From assembly GCA_905178155.1 (NCBI GenBank), contig CAJINV010000006.1:2235700-2299699 (forward strand): a DNA stretch of 64,000 bases, read 5' to 3'. The notes beneath the pieces are model-generated. The model was not told the DNA's origin, made no database searches, and was given only the letters and a program-made list of their open reading frames with translations. The translations under genes were made by a program, and so were the position numbers. Below, in pieces: positions 34,975 through 48,300 of the stretch. Numbering within the stretch: the first letter of the stretch is position 1; each line of letters starts with the position of its first letter. This DNA is from Amoebophrya sp. A120. Lineage: Eukaryota; Protista; Dinoflagellata.

Positions 34975-37971
34975 TCACAGCCTCCTGACATAAAAAAGCA
35001 AGTATGCGCTCACGTCGACCGCGTCTGACTCGTTGCGACAAAGTGAAACCATCGCATCCGAGATGTTTGCCCAATGGTGGTCCGAAATCTTGCAGCACGC
35101 CGTGTAGTGGCCGCCCGTCATCGTCCCAGAGTGCTGGCTTACCCCGCACAAATCGTAAACGTAGTTTGTTGACGTTGCGCTCGAGCCCGACTGTTTACTA
35201 CTCGTTTTGGAGGTGTTTCGCTGCAACAGCCCAGACGGTTCGAAAATGCTGCCAATCCTACTGTATCGAATGCAAAAGTGTCTGGGTCTGGAATGTCATG
35301 CCTATTTTGCATGACTCAGGATGTCTGTGATGCACGATCCAGCATCACAGATTTTTAGAGGCCTTCCTCATGCCTATTCCGCATGATAAATGCCCTGCTC
35401 CCCTCCGTAGCACAAACTGGACTCCTCTTGCTGGTCATGCATTACAGATTTTTTTAGAGTCCAAAGTTAGCATCACAAGTTCCAACCTTCCAGACCCAGA
35501 CACATGTGCAATGCATATACTGTTTCTCTTCACCACGGCGTCGTTGGACTGCTCGTATCCTGTGCAAAAGTATCGTACTCATGGTACTCCTACTCGTAGT
35601 CATGCATTACAAATCTCCATCCCAATGCAAAACAGCATGACAAGTTCCATTTGTCATGCTAAGCTCATTTGTATTACAATTACTACTAGTACGATACTTT
35701 TGCAGTTCATAGCTCGACAAATTCTCCTATGTCCAGATTTGTTATCGGGAAATGCATATGCACTGCAAAAGCATCGTACTAGTATAAATCGCATGACAAA
35801 TTTTCTCAACATGAGACATGAAATTTCTGATGCGGATTCGACTTGAGAAAGAAATTTGTCATGCATAAAAGCAATTACTGCGAGTACGATGCTTTTGCAG
35901 TGCATAGTGCACCATGTGGTCGATCTTTCTTCGGTTTAGCCAGGAAAACCGCTTCAAGTGGAGCACGAGAACCTTGGGCGGCCGGTAGATACCAACGCGT
36001 TTTGTGATCTTGTTGGATTTTTTGCACTTCTCGCACTTGTAGTCCTTCGCTTCCAGAACTTCCTCTTGCGTGAATTCCCGGAGACAGTCGGTCAGGGTTG
36101 CCTGAGATAAAAAGTTTTTGTTGTTTTGATGGGCTCTTGTCGATCATTCGGTAACTACTGTCTAATTCTTGACTCTCCGCCATCGACGGCGTTGCGCGTC
36201 ACCACGACGACCACTTTGTTCACTCAGGTGCGACTATACATAAACGAAATGATAAATGCAGTATGTTGCAGCAGGCATTGGTATAATTGCTCTGTACAGT
36301 GATAGAAGTGAAGATGCGACGCACCTTGCTGTTGGTCATGGTCTTGCTTTTCCTTTTGCTTACTGAGGCAGAAATGAAAAAAAAAACAAAAAGTCGTACG
36401 TCTCTCGCCACGGCACTCAATCTATTCGGAAACGGCAGTGACAAGTCCAAAAACGTTATCCTGAGTAAAAACGTCCCCACGCCAGAGTTGTAATGCAGAT
36501 TTGCAAAGACAGGAAGACTTGTAATGCGTATCCCCATGAGAGCCATTTCCAGTCGTGTTTTGGAATTTGTGATGCTGTGAACAGGATGAGCAGATGAATC
36601 TGTGATGCGGCTGCACTTGCTAACCTGCACTACACTGCAGAGCGCAACTTGTCATGCGTGACTCACAAAACTCCTAGGTTTGTGTTGCAAAATCCCGATC
36701 CTGACTCTGGTGTGGGTACGTTTTTACTCAGGATAAACGTGTCAAAGGCCCGGCTCCTGTGGTCGCAGAGGTGGCAGTGCGTTTCGCTAAAAAATTGTCC
36801 CGCGAAGATATCTGTGATGACTGAATTCCCGAAATTTTGCTGCTGGTATTGCCACCACCGGTTGGCGCAGTCGTCAAGCGATTCGCCCGGGATGTCTTTC
36901 AGTTCCTTATACAGCGGCTTCCCCACAACACGGTTTAAATCCTCGTGTAGACCGTCCAGCAAAAACCGCAGTGCCTCGTGCGCGTCCTGCTGGTTATAGT
37001 TCGCAAACTGCGGCGCGAATTTGACCATGACTTGCCGCAGACTCGCCGGGTTCACCGTGGACATTGCTTTCGCCGAAATGCACTCGTCCATAAAAAGCTT
37101 AAATTGGTGCACTAACTGTCCGTTTGTCGCGTTTGGCCGGGTAGAGTTGCTGTTTACGTCGGTTCTTGGGTTGAACTTGTGCTGGAAGTAATTTGCGAGG
37201 GGGGGCACCGAGAGGAGGCACTGCAGAATCGAGTTCAGAAAACAGGTGTTGCCGAGGTTTCGAAATCCCACCAGCTGGCGGGTGTATTTGGAGGGGTTTT
37301 GTAGTGCCGATGTAGTTGCGCCGGCGGTTGATGAAAGTGATGACGTTATTACTCCACCAGCGCCACCGAAAGATGGCGTGCCGACAGTACTATTTCTTCC
37401 TGGCATGTCTTCGTCGGGAACCTCTGCGATCGCGCTTCTCGTTGAGATGGACGAAACTATCGACATGGGTTCCACTTGTTTGTTGAAAACACTACTGCTA
37501 GTACTGCTCCCATATGATCCCGGTGGCCTCTTTACCAGCGGGCTCCCGAGAGCTGTGATTGGTGATATCCAGGAAAAAAAGTGTGTAAGTGTAACTTTCT
37601 TTGGGGAACAGCATCACAAATTTGCTCTACATGACAGAGAAAACCTGTCATGCGTCGCTTGTAAGGCAAAACACACACGAAAATAGGACTTCGTGGCTGT
37701 CTGGCATGACAGGTGTAACTCTGTTGCATGTTCTACAACACAAATTTACACTTACACAGTTTTTTTCTTGCATGGGTGAGGAAGTTCCACTACTATACCC
37801 TGGCGGCTTTTTCGGGCTAAGCGAACCGGCTGCCCCACCTGTGGAGGAGGAAAGGCTGCTGCCGCTCCCGGGGAGCCGACCGGTCGCGGACAGAGGGCTT
37901 CCGCGACCCGAGGCAGAGAATAAGGGACTGGTGGCGGTCAGGGTCATCTTTGCGGTACTAGAAGAAGCCAA
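34975..37971 (-). CDS. Ubiquitin carboxyl-terminal hydrolase (USP/C19, USP2/8-like)
   Basis: GFRNLGNTCFLNSILQCL, QQDAHEALRFLLDGLHEDL, F|LDLSLP, VLVLHLKRF, H|FPITNLD, YDLCGVSQHSGTMTGGHYTA, AYLLFY. It has 5 elements and the GT-AG intron 36102-36399. The start is uncertain. Confidence 0.95.
35264..35517. mobile_element. TIR introner-like element, family B
   Basis: Family B TIR; DR TACTG. Confidence 0.9.
35556..35711. mobile_element. TIR introner-like element, family A
   Basis: Family A TIR; DR GCTCG. Confidence 0.9.
35757..35906. mobile_element. TIR introner-like element, family A (150 bp)
   Basis: Family A TIR; DR ATGCA/GTGCA. Confidence 0.9.
36457..36735. mobile_element. TIR introner-like element, family F
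   Basis: TIR TATCCTGAGTAAAAACGT.CCCAC.CCAGAGT; DR AACGT. Confidence 0.92.
37566..37774. mobile_element. TIR introner-like element, family I
   Basis: [28 protein letters not shown]; DR GGTGA. Confidence 0.88.
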
Positions 37972-39316
37972 GGCTGTTTTCTGCCGTCCGACGGGCTGCT
38001 GGGCGAATATTAAAGCAACTCGTTAATGTGTAATTATCAGAAAGGCTCCTCCCCACAGAAAAAATAGAAATTCATGACGATGCGCTCGCCTGGTCTACTT
38101 CACAACACTACGAGAAGAACAAGAATGTGTACGTATCTATTATGTCGCTTGTTAAACTGCGCTTGGAAATTCAATTTCCAAAACGGACGCAAGTTCTACA
38201 GGGGGAAAAATCTTTAAAAGGGAAGCGCAGTGATAGGGGTAAGCAAAGCGGTCTTCATGACCTGTACCTGATAATCAGGGGGCTGTTGTATATTGATTGA
38301 AGATCCATGAATCTTTATACAGGGTGGATAATCAAATCCTTATCCGGCATTATCATATGAGGTGGATGCAAAAACTTCTCAAATTATGCAGAATTTATTT
38401 TCTGGCGCGCCCTCGTTGCTGCGACCGAATATAGGAAACGCTTTTGGCTCCTACTAGTCATCTGCTTGATGCCTCAATTACGACCGAAAAGCGTATCTAT
38501 TAACTTGTCATCCACAAAACCGAAGTGGATCGATACTCATCTTTACCGAAAAATGTGTTGGTACAGTCGAAAAAACACGACATGAACAAGCTCCTTACCG
38601 AAATCAAATACCTCGGTTGTTGTGAGAACTAGATACGAGTCCTCTACTTAATACTGATAGGAATACCATGAGATTTCTTCATCGTTTTTAGTACACGTGA
38701 GCATGATTTGATCCCGAGATAGAAGTTGATCCCTATCCGCGCTGGACGAACATCAGCACCACAACTTTTTTTTTCTGCGAAGACCGTCGACCGCGGGAGG
38801 TTGTAATGAGCTTTTCCACGCGCCTTCCCCGGCGTCCGGAAATGGTCCACCTGTCCTCGCTTAATAAATAATTGTTGAAACGTACAGCGTAGCTTCTTTA
38901 TAATTTCGTACAACTTTTATAGGAAACCGTGAGTAGAGTGCGTGTTCTCTTCTGTAAATTTAGCATGTTGATGTTGGCGAGGCGGGATATTATCAACAAC
39001 TACAACTCCTGTGCTAACTTCCATAATTCTTCAAGAACTTTGTGGTAGTACTGTACAATGCCAACGCGTCAACATGATCTTTCAAAAAATTTACACACAT
39101 CACGACGACCAAGTAGTTGCTCTGATAACATCTTCGAGCACAGTAAATACGTTGTCAGTCTGTGAAGATGCGCGTGTGCCCTGAATGTAGTAATTAATTT
39201 CGCTTTTTGTGCACCAGTTTGTAAGTACGCTCTTCTAACGCCAACGGTCGCTGCCCAGCAGCACAAGACCGCCTGCACCTAGTACTGTCTTGAAGATCCA
39301 ATTCGAAATCAAATCC

Positions 39317-42300
39317 TCACCCCGCCGCCTGCATGACGTGGAACCTGCAGCGGATTTCGTATTCATCCAACAACGGTTATGAACTGCAAAAGTATCGTAC
39401 TCGTACTCGTAGTATTGCAATACAAATTAGCTCAGCATGACAAATGGAATTTTTCATGCTGATTTACCTTGAAAAAGAAATTTGTAATGCATAAATGCTA
39501 TTCGTACAACGAGTACGATACTTTTGCAGTTCATAACGGTTTCGATTTCACGACCGGTTTTAACGTCAAAATCGCCGCCGAGTTGTCGAATTCCCCGCAA
39601 TAGTTTGGTGCGGAGAACTATCAAATGCAAAAATGTCTGGGTCTGGAAGATTCTAAACTTGTGATGCTGTCTCTGGATTCTACATAAATTTGCATTGTAT
39701 GACCGGCAACAGAACTCCGGTTTGTGCTACCCGGAGAGGGCATTTCTCATGCGGTAGAGGCATCACAAAGGCCTCTAAAAATCTGCCATGTTAGAGCATG
39801 CATCACTGACATGATGAGTCTTCCAAAATATGCATGACAAACCTGGCAAGCTTCCAGACCCAGACATTTTTATATTTGATAAGAACAGCGTGACCACCTT
39901 CTTGTCTGCGAAAAACTCGTACCCGTCTTGCACTACCTGGTGCGCTATGAACTGCAAATATGTCTGGGTCTGGAAGAATGCAGGCTTGTCATGCTTGTCT
40001 CACATGACTGTTAAATCTGTAATGCATGAGCAGGAAGGCAGCTTCTTGTTACCTGTTATGCAAAATGCAGTTTGTCATGCGGGAAGCGAAACACATAAGG
40101 ACCTCAGAAACTTGATGTCATGCGTGGCTGCATAACGCAGTGCGCCCACCATTCACAAACTAGCATCACGACACGTTTCCAGACCCAGACATATTTGCAT
40201 TGCATATGCGCACGGAGAACTAACTCGATGTCCGAGGAAGAGTTCGATTGGGAATTCGCCTGTCTTATCCTGTGCAAAAGTATCGTACTCGTTGTACTAA
40301 TCGGAATTGTGCATGACAAACAAGGTCCGAGCGTGGGGACAGGGTCCCCACGCGGGCCCTTGGCTTCGGTTTCGGCTTGAGGATTCGGCCTGGGGGTTCG
40401 GCCTGGGGTTTCGGCTTCAGGCGACGGCGACAGACAGGCGACGGCGTTGGACTGTGGTGCGCCCCGTTCAGAAATGCCACCGCCCCAGAGGCGTAGGCCG
40501 AGCGCTGCGAAGTTCGCCGAACAAATCTGGACGCTGGGCGCCGCTCTCTCGCATGAGAGCAAGGGCCGAGGCACGAGGCCAGGGCGATAGTCGGGGAGGC
40601 AAGGAACAGAGCGGGGCAAGGTTGGCCCGCTGCACTGCTTTGCTTGCGGCCTTGGGTTTTCGGCAGAGGGGCCCAAACTGGAAAAAGTTTCCAAGCTTTC
40701 CAAGATTCCCCGCCGCCGCATTACCTACGGGCGCGCGGCCAAAAAAAAAACGCGGCCGCGGGGCTTCGCGCGATCGCCGGAGAAGCACGGAACGGAGCGG
40801 GCCAGAGCTGACCAGCTGGACAGACTGCTAGCTGCGATTGCGGCCTCCGGTTTTCGGAAAAGCGGCCCACGAAAAAGCTCCGCAGACTTTTTTCGAGATC
40901 CCTTGCCCTCGTATTAGCTACGCCCAAAATGCGGCCGGCCCAGGGGGGGGGGCTTCGCGCGGTAGGCGGAGAAGCATTGAGCAGAGCGGGTAAGGCTGGC
41001 CAGCGCACCCCTTTGCGGCTTCGAGTTTTCGGAAAAGCCGGCCAATTTTTTCAAGCTTCTTCAAGCTTCCCAGCCTTCGCACTGCCTACGGGCAAAATGA
41101 GGCCTCGCGCGGTAGCCGGAGAAACAGAGAGCGGACATAGCGGAGCAAGGCTGGCGAGCTGGATGGCTTTGTGGCCTTGGGTTTTCGGATAAGGTGGCTC
41201 AGCTTGAAGCCTTCAAGCTTTTTCAAGACTTCCCGCCCCGCGACTACCCACGGCCAAAATGTGGCCCCGGGGCTTCGCGCGATAGCCGGAGAAGAGAAGA
41301 ACAGAGGGAGGGAGCGGGGCAAGGTTGGCCAGCTGTGTTGCTTCCTTTGCGGCCTTGCGTCGGTTTTCGGAAAAGCTGGCCACACTTGAAAAGGCTTTGC
41401 CACTTTCCTCAAGGTCCCCCGCCCGCGTTCGTATCACCTACGGCCAAAATGTGGCGGGCCTCGGGGTTTCGCACGAGCGCCGGAGAAGCAAGGAACAGAG
41501 CGGGGCAAGGCTGGCCAGCTCGCTGGACCGCTTTGCGGCCTTACATTCCCGGAAAAGCTTGCCAAGCTCCCCAGAGCTTTCTGCGTTTTCCCGAGACCCC
41601 CCTTCCCGACTTCGCACTGCCTACCGCCAAAATTTGGCCCCGGGGCGTTCCGCGATAGCCCGAGAAGCAGGGAGCCAACAGAACGGAGCAAGGGATGGCT
41701 GGCTCGCTGGGCTGCTTTGCGGGCTTGGCTGAGTTTTCGGAAAAGGCGGCGAGACTTCGGAGCTTTTGCAAGACCTCCCAGGGTCGCACCGCCTGCAGCC
41801 AAAGTGTGGCGCTGGGGCTTCGCGCGCTAGGTAGCTCAGGGAGCAAAAATGAAGCAAAGCGGGGCAAGGCTTGCCGGCGGGACTGCTTTGCGCGCGGCCT
41901 TGCGTTTTCGGAAACGCTGGCCAAGCGAACCGGGAAAAACTACCGAGGCCGATGCAAGATAGAGGCGGCCCCGCGGCTTCGCGCGATAGCGGGGGAAGCA
42001 AGGAGCTGTCGGAGGGGGGCATGCAAGGCCGGCCAGTTGGCCTTGCGTTTTCGGAAAAGCGGGCCGGACTTGAAACAATTTTTCAAGTTTTTTCGCACTC
42101 CCCTTCCCCCGCCCAGCTTCGCACTACCTACGGCCAAAGTGTGGCCGCGGGGCTTCGCGCAATAGCCGGAGAAGCACGGCACAGAGCGGGGCAAGGCAGG
42201 CCGGGGCCGGCTGGACGGCTTTGACTGAGGCCTGGGGGCTTCGGAAAAGCTTGCCAAACTTGCAAAAATTTTTTGAAGTTTTTTCACGATCTCCCGCCCG

Positions 42301-45300
42301 CCTTCGCATTGCCTACGGCCACCCTTTGGCCCCGCGGCGTCGCGCGATAGCTGGGGAAGCTAGGATGGATGGAAAGGAGCGGGGCAAGGTTGGCCTGCCG
42401 GATCGCTTTGCGGCCTTGGGTTTTCGGAGAAGCTTGCCAGGCTTCCAAGCTTTATTTGCCAAGTTTTTTCAAGATCGCCCGCCCTCGCATTACCTCCGGG
42501 CAATGTGAGGGCGGCCCCGGGGCTTCGCGCGATAGCCGGAGCAGCAAGGAACAGACAGAGCGGAGCAAGGCTGGCCAGCTGGTCTTTTTTGATTGCGGCC
42601 TCGGGTCGGTTTTCGGAAAAGCCTGCCGAGCTTGCAAGTTTTTTTTTTCGAGTTTTTCGCATGACCTGCGGCCAACGCGTGGCCTCGGGGCTTCGCGCGA
42701 TAGCAGGATAAGCAGGGAACAGAGCGGGGCAAGGCTGGCCAGCCGGAAGGCTATGCGGCCTCGGACAGACTTCCGGGACAGCTGGCCAAACTTGGAAGCT
42801 TTGGCCGCTTTGTCAGGTTTTTTCAAAATTCCCCGCCGTCGCACTCCCTGCGGCCAATCCGTGGCCCCAGGACTTCGCGCGATAGCCGGAGAAGCAGGGG
42901 AAAGATACGAGCGGGGCAAGGCTGGCCAGCTGGGCTGCGCTGCGTGCGGCCTCGCTTGGGTTTTCGGAAAAGATGGCCCGGCTTGGGGGCTCTTTTCAAG
43001 TTTCCCGAGGTGTTCCGCCTCGCATTACCCCCGGCCAATCTGCGGCCTCGGGGCTTCGCGCGATAGCTGGAGAAGCAAGGAACAGAGCGGGGCAAGGCTG
43101 GCCAGCTGGACTGCTTTGCGGCCTTGGGGGGTAGGTTTTCGGAAGCGCTAGCCTAACTTGAGAACTTTTCTCAACTGTCTGCAAGGTCCCCGGCCTTCGC
43201 ACCACCTGCGGCCTCGGGGCTTCGTCCGATAGCCGGAGAAGCGAGGAACAGAGCGAGGCAGGCCGGCCAGCTGGACTGCTTTGCGGTGTCGGGGGGTTTT
43301 CGGAAAAGCTAGCCAAACTTGCGAAATCTTTTCAAGCCTTTTCAAAGGGTCCCCGCCTTCGCATTACCTGCGGCCAATCTGTGGCCTCGCCTCGGGGCTT
43401 CGCGCGGTACATAGCCGCAGAAGCAAGGAGCAGACAGAGCGGGGGAAGGCTGGCAAGCGGGACGGCTTTGCGGCCTTGGGTTTTCGGAGCAGCTGGCCAA
43501 AGTCGAAAAGTTCTGCCGAGGTTTTCCAAAGTTCCCCGCCTTTACATTACCGACGGCCAATCTCTGGCGGGCCGCGGGGCCGCTTCGCGCGATAGCCGGA
43601 GAGGCAAGAAACAGAGCGGGCGAAGGCCGGCCAGCTGGACTGCTTTGCGGCCTTGGGCTTTCGGGGGGGCTGGCCTAACTTGGCAAATCTCCCCGAGCTG
43701 TTTCAAGGTTTCCCGCCTTCACATCGCCTACGGCCGGTTTGTTGTTGGCCTCGGAGCTTCGCGCGATGGTCGGGGAGGCAAGGAACAGACCGGGGCAAGG
43801 CGGGCCAGCTCGTTGGGCTGTTTTGTGGCCTTGGGCCTTCGGAAAAGCGGGCCAAACTTGAAAACTTTTCGCAACTTTTTCCCAGATTCCCCACCTTGTT
43901 CGCATTACCTGCGGCCAACTTCTGGCTTCGGGGCTTCGCGCGATAGCCGGAGACGCAAGGAACAGAGCGGGGCAAGGCTGGCCGGCTGGACTGCTTTGCG
44001 GCCTTGCGTTTTCGGGAAAGCGGGCCAAACTGGAAAAATTTTCTCAAGGTTTTCCAAACTTCCCCGGCTTCGCATTACCTGGGAGCGGCCAATCTGTGGC
44101 CTCGCGGCTTCGCGCGATAGCCGGAGGGGCAAGGAAAGGAGCGGGGCAAGGCTGGCCAGCTGGACTGCTTTGGTTGCGGTTTTGGCCAAACTCGAGAGCG
44201 CTCCCGCGGCTTTCGGGCTTTTACTTTTTCAAGCCGCCCCGCTTTCGCATTATCTCCGGCCAGTCTGTGGCCCCGAAGCTTCGCGCGCGCGATAGCCGGA
44301 GAAGCAAGGAACAGGGCGGGGCAAGACTGGCCAGCCTGGGATGCTTTGCGGCCTTGGCTTTTCGGAAAAGCTTGCCAAACTCCAAGCATTTTTCCAAATT
44401 CCCCGCGCCCGTTCGCATTCCCTCCCAACCCTTCGGCCAATTTGTGGCCCCGGGGCCTCGCGCGATAAGTGGCGAAGCAAGGAACAGAGCGGGGCAAGGC
44501 TGGCCAGCGCGCTGGACTGCTCTGCTGCCTCCGTGCTTTTTCAATATGCCCCGCCTCGCATTACCTACGGCCAGTCCGTGGCCTCGGGGCTTCGCGCGAT
44601 AGCCGGGGAAGCAAGGAACAGAGCGCGGCAAGGCTGGCCAGCGAGCTTGACTGCTTTGCGGCCTTGGGTTTGCGGAAGAGCTGGCCAAAGTGTCAAGGAG
44701 CCCCGCCGTCGCATCACCTGCGGCCAAAAATTTGTGGCCTCGGGGCTTCACGCGATAGCCGGAGAAGCGGGGAGCAGGGCGGGGCAGGGCTGGCCAGCTG
44801 GACTGCTTTGTTTGCGTGTTGCCTTTGGTTAGTTTTCGGCATTACCTAAGCCCACCGCCTCGGGGCTTCGCGCGATAGCCGGAGAAGGAAGGAACAGGGC
44901 GGGGCAACGCTGGCAAGCTGGACCGCTTTGCGGCCTTGCGTTTTCGGAAAAACTGGCCAAACTTGGGGAATTTCCTCAAACCCTTCCAAGGCCTTCCGCC
45001 TTCGCATTACCTTCAGCCAATCTGTGGCGTCGGGCGGGGCTTTGCGTGGTAGCCGGAGAAGCAAGGGGCGAGGGAGCAAAGAAAGGATGGAAAGGCCGGC
45101 CCCGGCCTGCTTTTTGGCCTTGGGTTTTCGGAAAAGCGGGCCAAGCTTGCGCGCTTTTGTTTCTCGAGTTCTTTCAAGGTTTCCCGCCCGCGCATTACCT
45201 TCGGCCGCTTTGCGGCGTCGGGGCTTCGCGCGATAGCCGGAGAAGCAAGGAACAGACGGGCAGGGCAAGGCTGGCCTGCTGGGCTGCTTTGCGGCCTTGG

Positions 45301-48300
45301 CTCTTCGGAGAAGCTGGCAAAATTTGGAAATTTTTTCAAGTTTTTCCAAGGTTCCCCGCCTTCGCATTACGAGCGGCCGGCCAAACTGTGGGCGGCCTCG
45401 GGGCTTCGTGCGATAGCCGGAGAGGCAAGGAAGGGAACAGAGCGGGGCAAGGCTGCCCAGCTGGTCGGCTTTGCGGCCTTGGTTGGGTTTACGGAAAAGC
45501 TAGCCAAACTTGCGAAATTTTGCCAAGTCTTTCCGAGGTTTTCCGCATTCGCATCACCAGCAGCCAACGCATGGCCCCCCTGGCTTCGCACGATAGCCGG
45601 AGGGGCACGGAGCAGGGCGCGCGGGGAAAGGCTGGCCGGCTGGACTGCTTTGCGGCCCTGCCTTGGTTTTCGGAGAAGCCGGCCAAGCTTGAGGGCTTGT
45701 CTTTTCGGGCTTTTCAAAATTTCCCGCGTTCGCTTTACCTACGGCCATTGCTTTGCCTCGGGGCTTCGTGCGATAGCCGAAGAAGCAAAGAACAGAGCGG
45801 GGCAAGGCTGCCCAGGCAGCTGGGCTGCTTCATGGCCTTGGATTTTCGGAGAAGCTTGCCAAACTTGAAAGCTTTCGAACTTTTCCAAGATTCCCCGCCG
45901 GCCTCCCTTCGCATTACCTGCGGCCAGTCTGTGGCCTCGGGGCTTCGCGCGAGAGCCGGAGAAGCAGGGAGCAGAGCGGGCCAAGGCTGGCCAACTGGGC
46001 CGCTTTGTCTGTGGCCTGGCTTACTTTTCGGAAAAGCTGGCCAAACTTGAGAAATTTTCTGAAGGCTGCCAGTCTTGGAAATACCTGCGGCCGGCCAAAA
46101 TGTGGCCTCGGGGCTTCGCGCGATACCCGGCACCCCAGGGACGGAACAGAGCGGGGCAAGGCTGGCCAACTGGATTGCTTTGCGCCCTTGGATTTTCGGA
46201 TAAGCTCGGCAAACTTGAAAAAGTTGCACGCTTTTCCAAGATTCCCCGCCTTCGCATTACTGACGGCCAAAATGGCGCCCCGGGGCTTCGCACGCGGAGC
46301 GGGCTGCAACCCCTCGAGAAATTTTCGCGCGTATTCGTCCCAGCAGAAGGCCTCTCCCTTCAAGACTCGGGGCGGGCCCCATACTCTTGCGCAAAGTTTT
46401 CAAATATTCCAGAACACAACCCCCGCCCGAATATTCGCGAGTATATCAGGGCAATCCGAAGCCCTTCGGAGAATATTCGCGCATATTCCAGGACAGTCCA
46501 GACCCCTACTGAGGCTGTTCGCGAATATTCCACCACGGACGCAACACCTTCCCCGGCTGTTGGCGAATATTCCCCGAGCACCCGAAGACCCGGGGCGGGC
46601 CCTACACTCTTGCGAAATGTTTCCGGATATTCCAGAACACAACCCCCGCCCGAATATTCGGATACATATTTATCACGGCGGTCCGGAGCCCCCCGGGAAA
46701 TATTCGCGAGCATTCCAGAGCACGACCCCTTCCCCGACTCTTCGCGAATCTTCCAGAACCAAACCCCCCCCCGACTATTCGCGAATATTCCAACCAGGAA
46801 AACCGGGAGACTCCTGGCGGGCCCAATATTCTTGCGAAATATTCCCGAACATTCCAGAACACAAGAACCCCCGCCCGAATGTCCGCGAATATTTCAGGGC
46901 AATCCGAAGCCCCTTGGGACTTGCTCTCGAATATTCCAGAACCAACAAAACCCCCTCCCCGGCTCTTCGCGAATATTCCAGAGGAAGCGAAACTACCCTT
47001 GGCCCGCCTCTTCGCGAATATTCTTTCTAGGAGCATACCCCTGCAGACCCCTGGCGGGCCTCCTGCTCCTGCGAAATATTTCCGAATATTCCAGAACACA
47101 ACCCCCGCCCAGATATTTTTGACTATACCAGGGCAGCCCGAAGCCCCTTGGAGGGGATCGTCCAGTCTTAACTGGCCGACTGATGCCCGAAGGCCCGATA
47201 CCGTATAGAATCCGAGGACTCGAGATAACTAGACGCGGCGCATCATAGCTTCTAGCTTCCGAAGAAGCATAATCTGCTAGGCTCCGAGGAGAATTAATTA
47301 CAAATCGGTTTGCTTAGTGAATCGTCACTGGATCGGTAAGATCTAGTCTCCGAGGAGCTCTCAATAGTCGTATAGCCTCCAAAGAGTATTTTTTTGATAA
47401 CTGCTTGCTGTCGCTTGCGAGTCTCTTTTTTTTTGGCGATGCTGAGAAAGGCTCCGAGGAGCAAATATCAAGTTCATCGAGGTAAGGTTGATTTTATCCA
47501 AAGTTAGTTCGCCGAAGCCCCTTGGAAAGTATTCGCGAATAATCCAGAGCAAAACCCTTCCCCCGGCAATTCGCGAATATTCCACAACAGACCTCCGCTT
47601 CCGGCTGTTCGCGACTATTCTACGAACGCCCGGGGACTCGGGGTGGGCCCTATGCTCTTGCGAAATAATTGCGAATATTCGAGAACACAACCCCCGCCCG
47701 AATATTCGCGAGTATATCAGGACAGCGAGCCCACAGCCCCTTGGGAAGCCTCTGCGAGTATTCCAGAGCAAAACCCCCTCCCCGGCTCTTCGCGAATATT
47801 CCAGAACCAAACCCGCCCCGGGTTGTGCGCGAAGATTCTCCCGAAAGGACACCTGAAGACCCTTGGCGGGCCCGATAGGTGGTCTTGCGAAGTGTTTCGG
47901 AATATTTCAGAACACAGCCCCCGCCCGAATACTCGCGAATATACCAGGGCAGTCCGAAACCCCGGCCGGGGAGAGTGCTCGCAGATATTCCAGAACAAAA
48001 CCCCTGCCGCGGCTCTTCGCGTATATTCCACGAACAGCTGAAGGCTCTTGGCGGGCCTCATGCTTTTGGAGGTAAGTGCTTTCGAATATTCCAGAACACA
48101 ACCCCCGCCCGAATGTGCGCGGATATTCCAGAAGAAAACCCCTGCCCCGGCTATTTGCGGGCATTCTACTAAAAACGCTGGAAATCAGTCCGAGGCGCTT
48201 TTTTTCGGGCGCGATCGGCTTCTCCTTTATTTGCGAAAAGAAAAGGCAAAGAGCCAAAGTGCGTCAGACTTTCCTTCCGGGCTCTGGAATCAGACACCCC

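Noticed and set aside
40530-48180. CRISPR array, or the many long ORFs in the repeat region
   Set aside because: Whole units are repeated and diverged with no unique spacers and no cas genes. The ORFs are by-products of GC-rich repeats.
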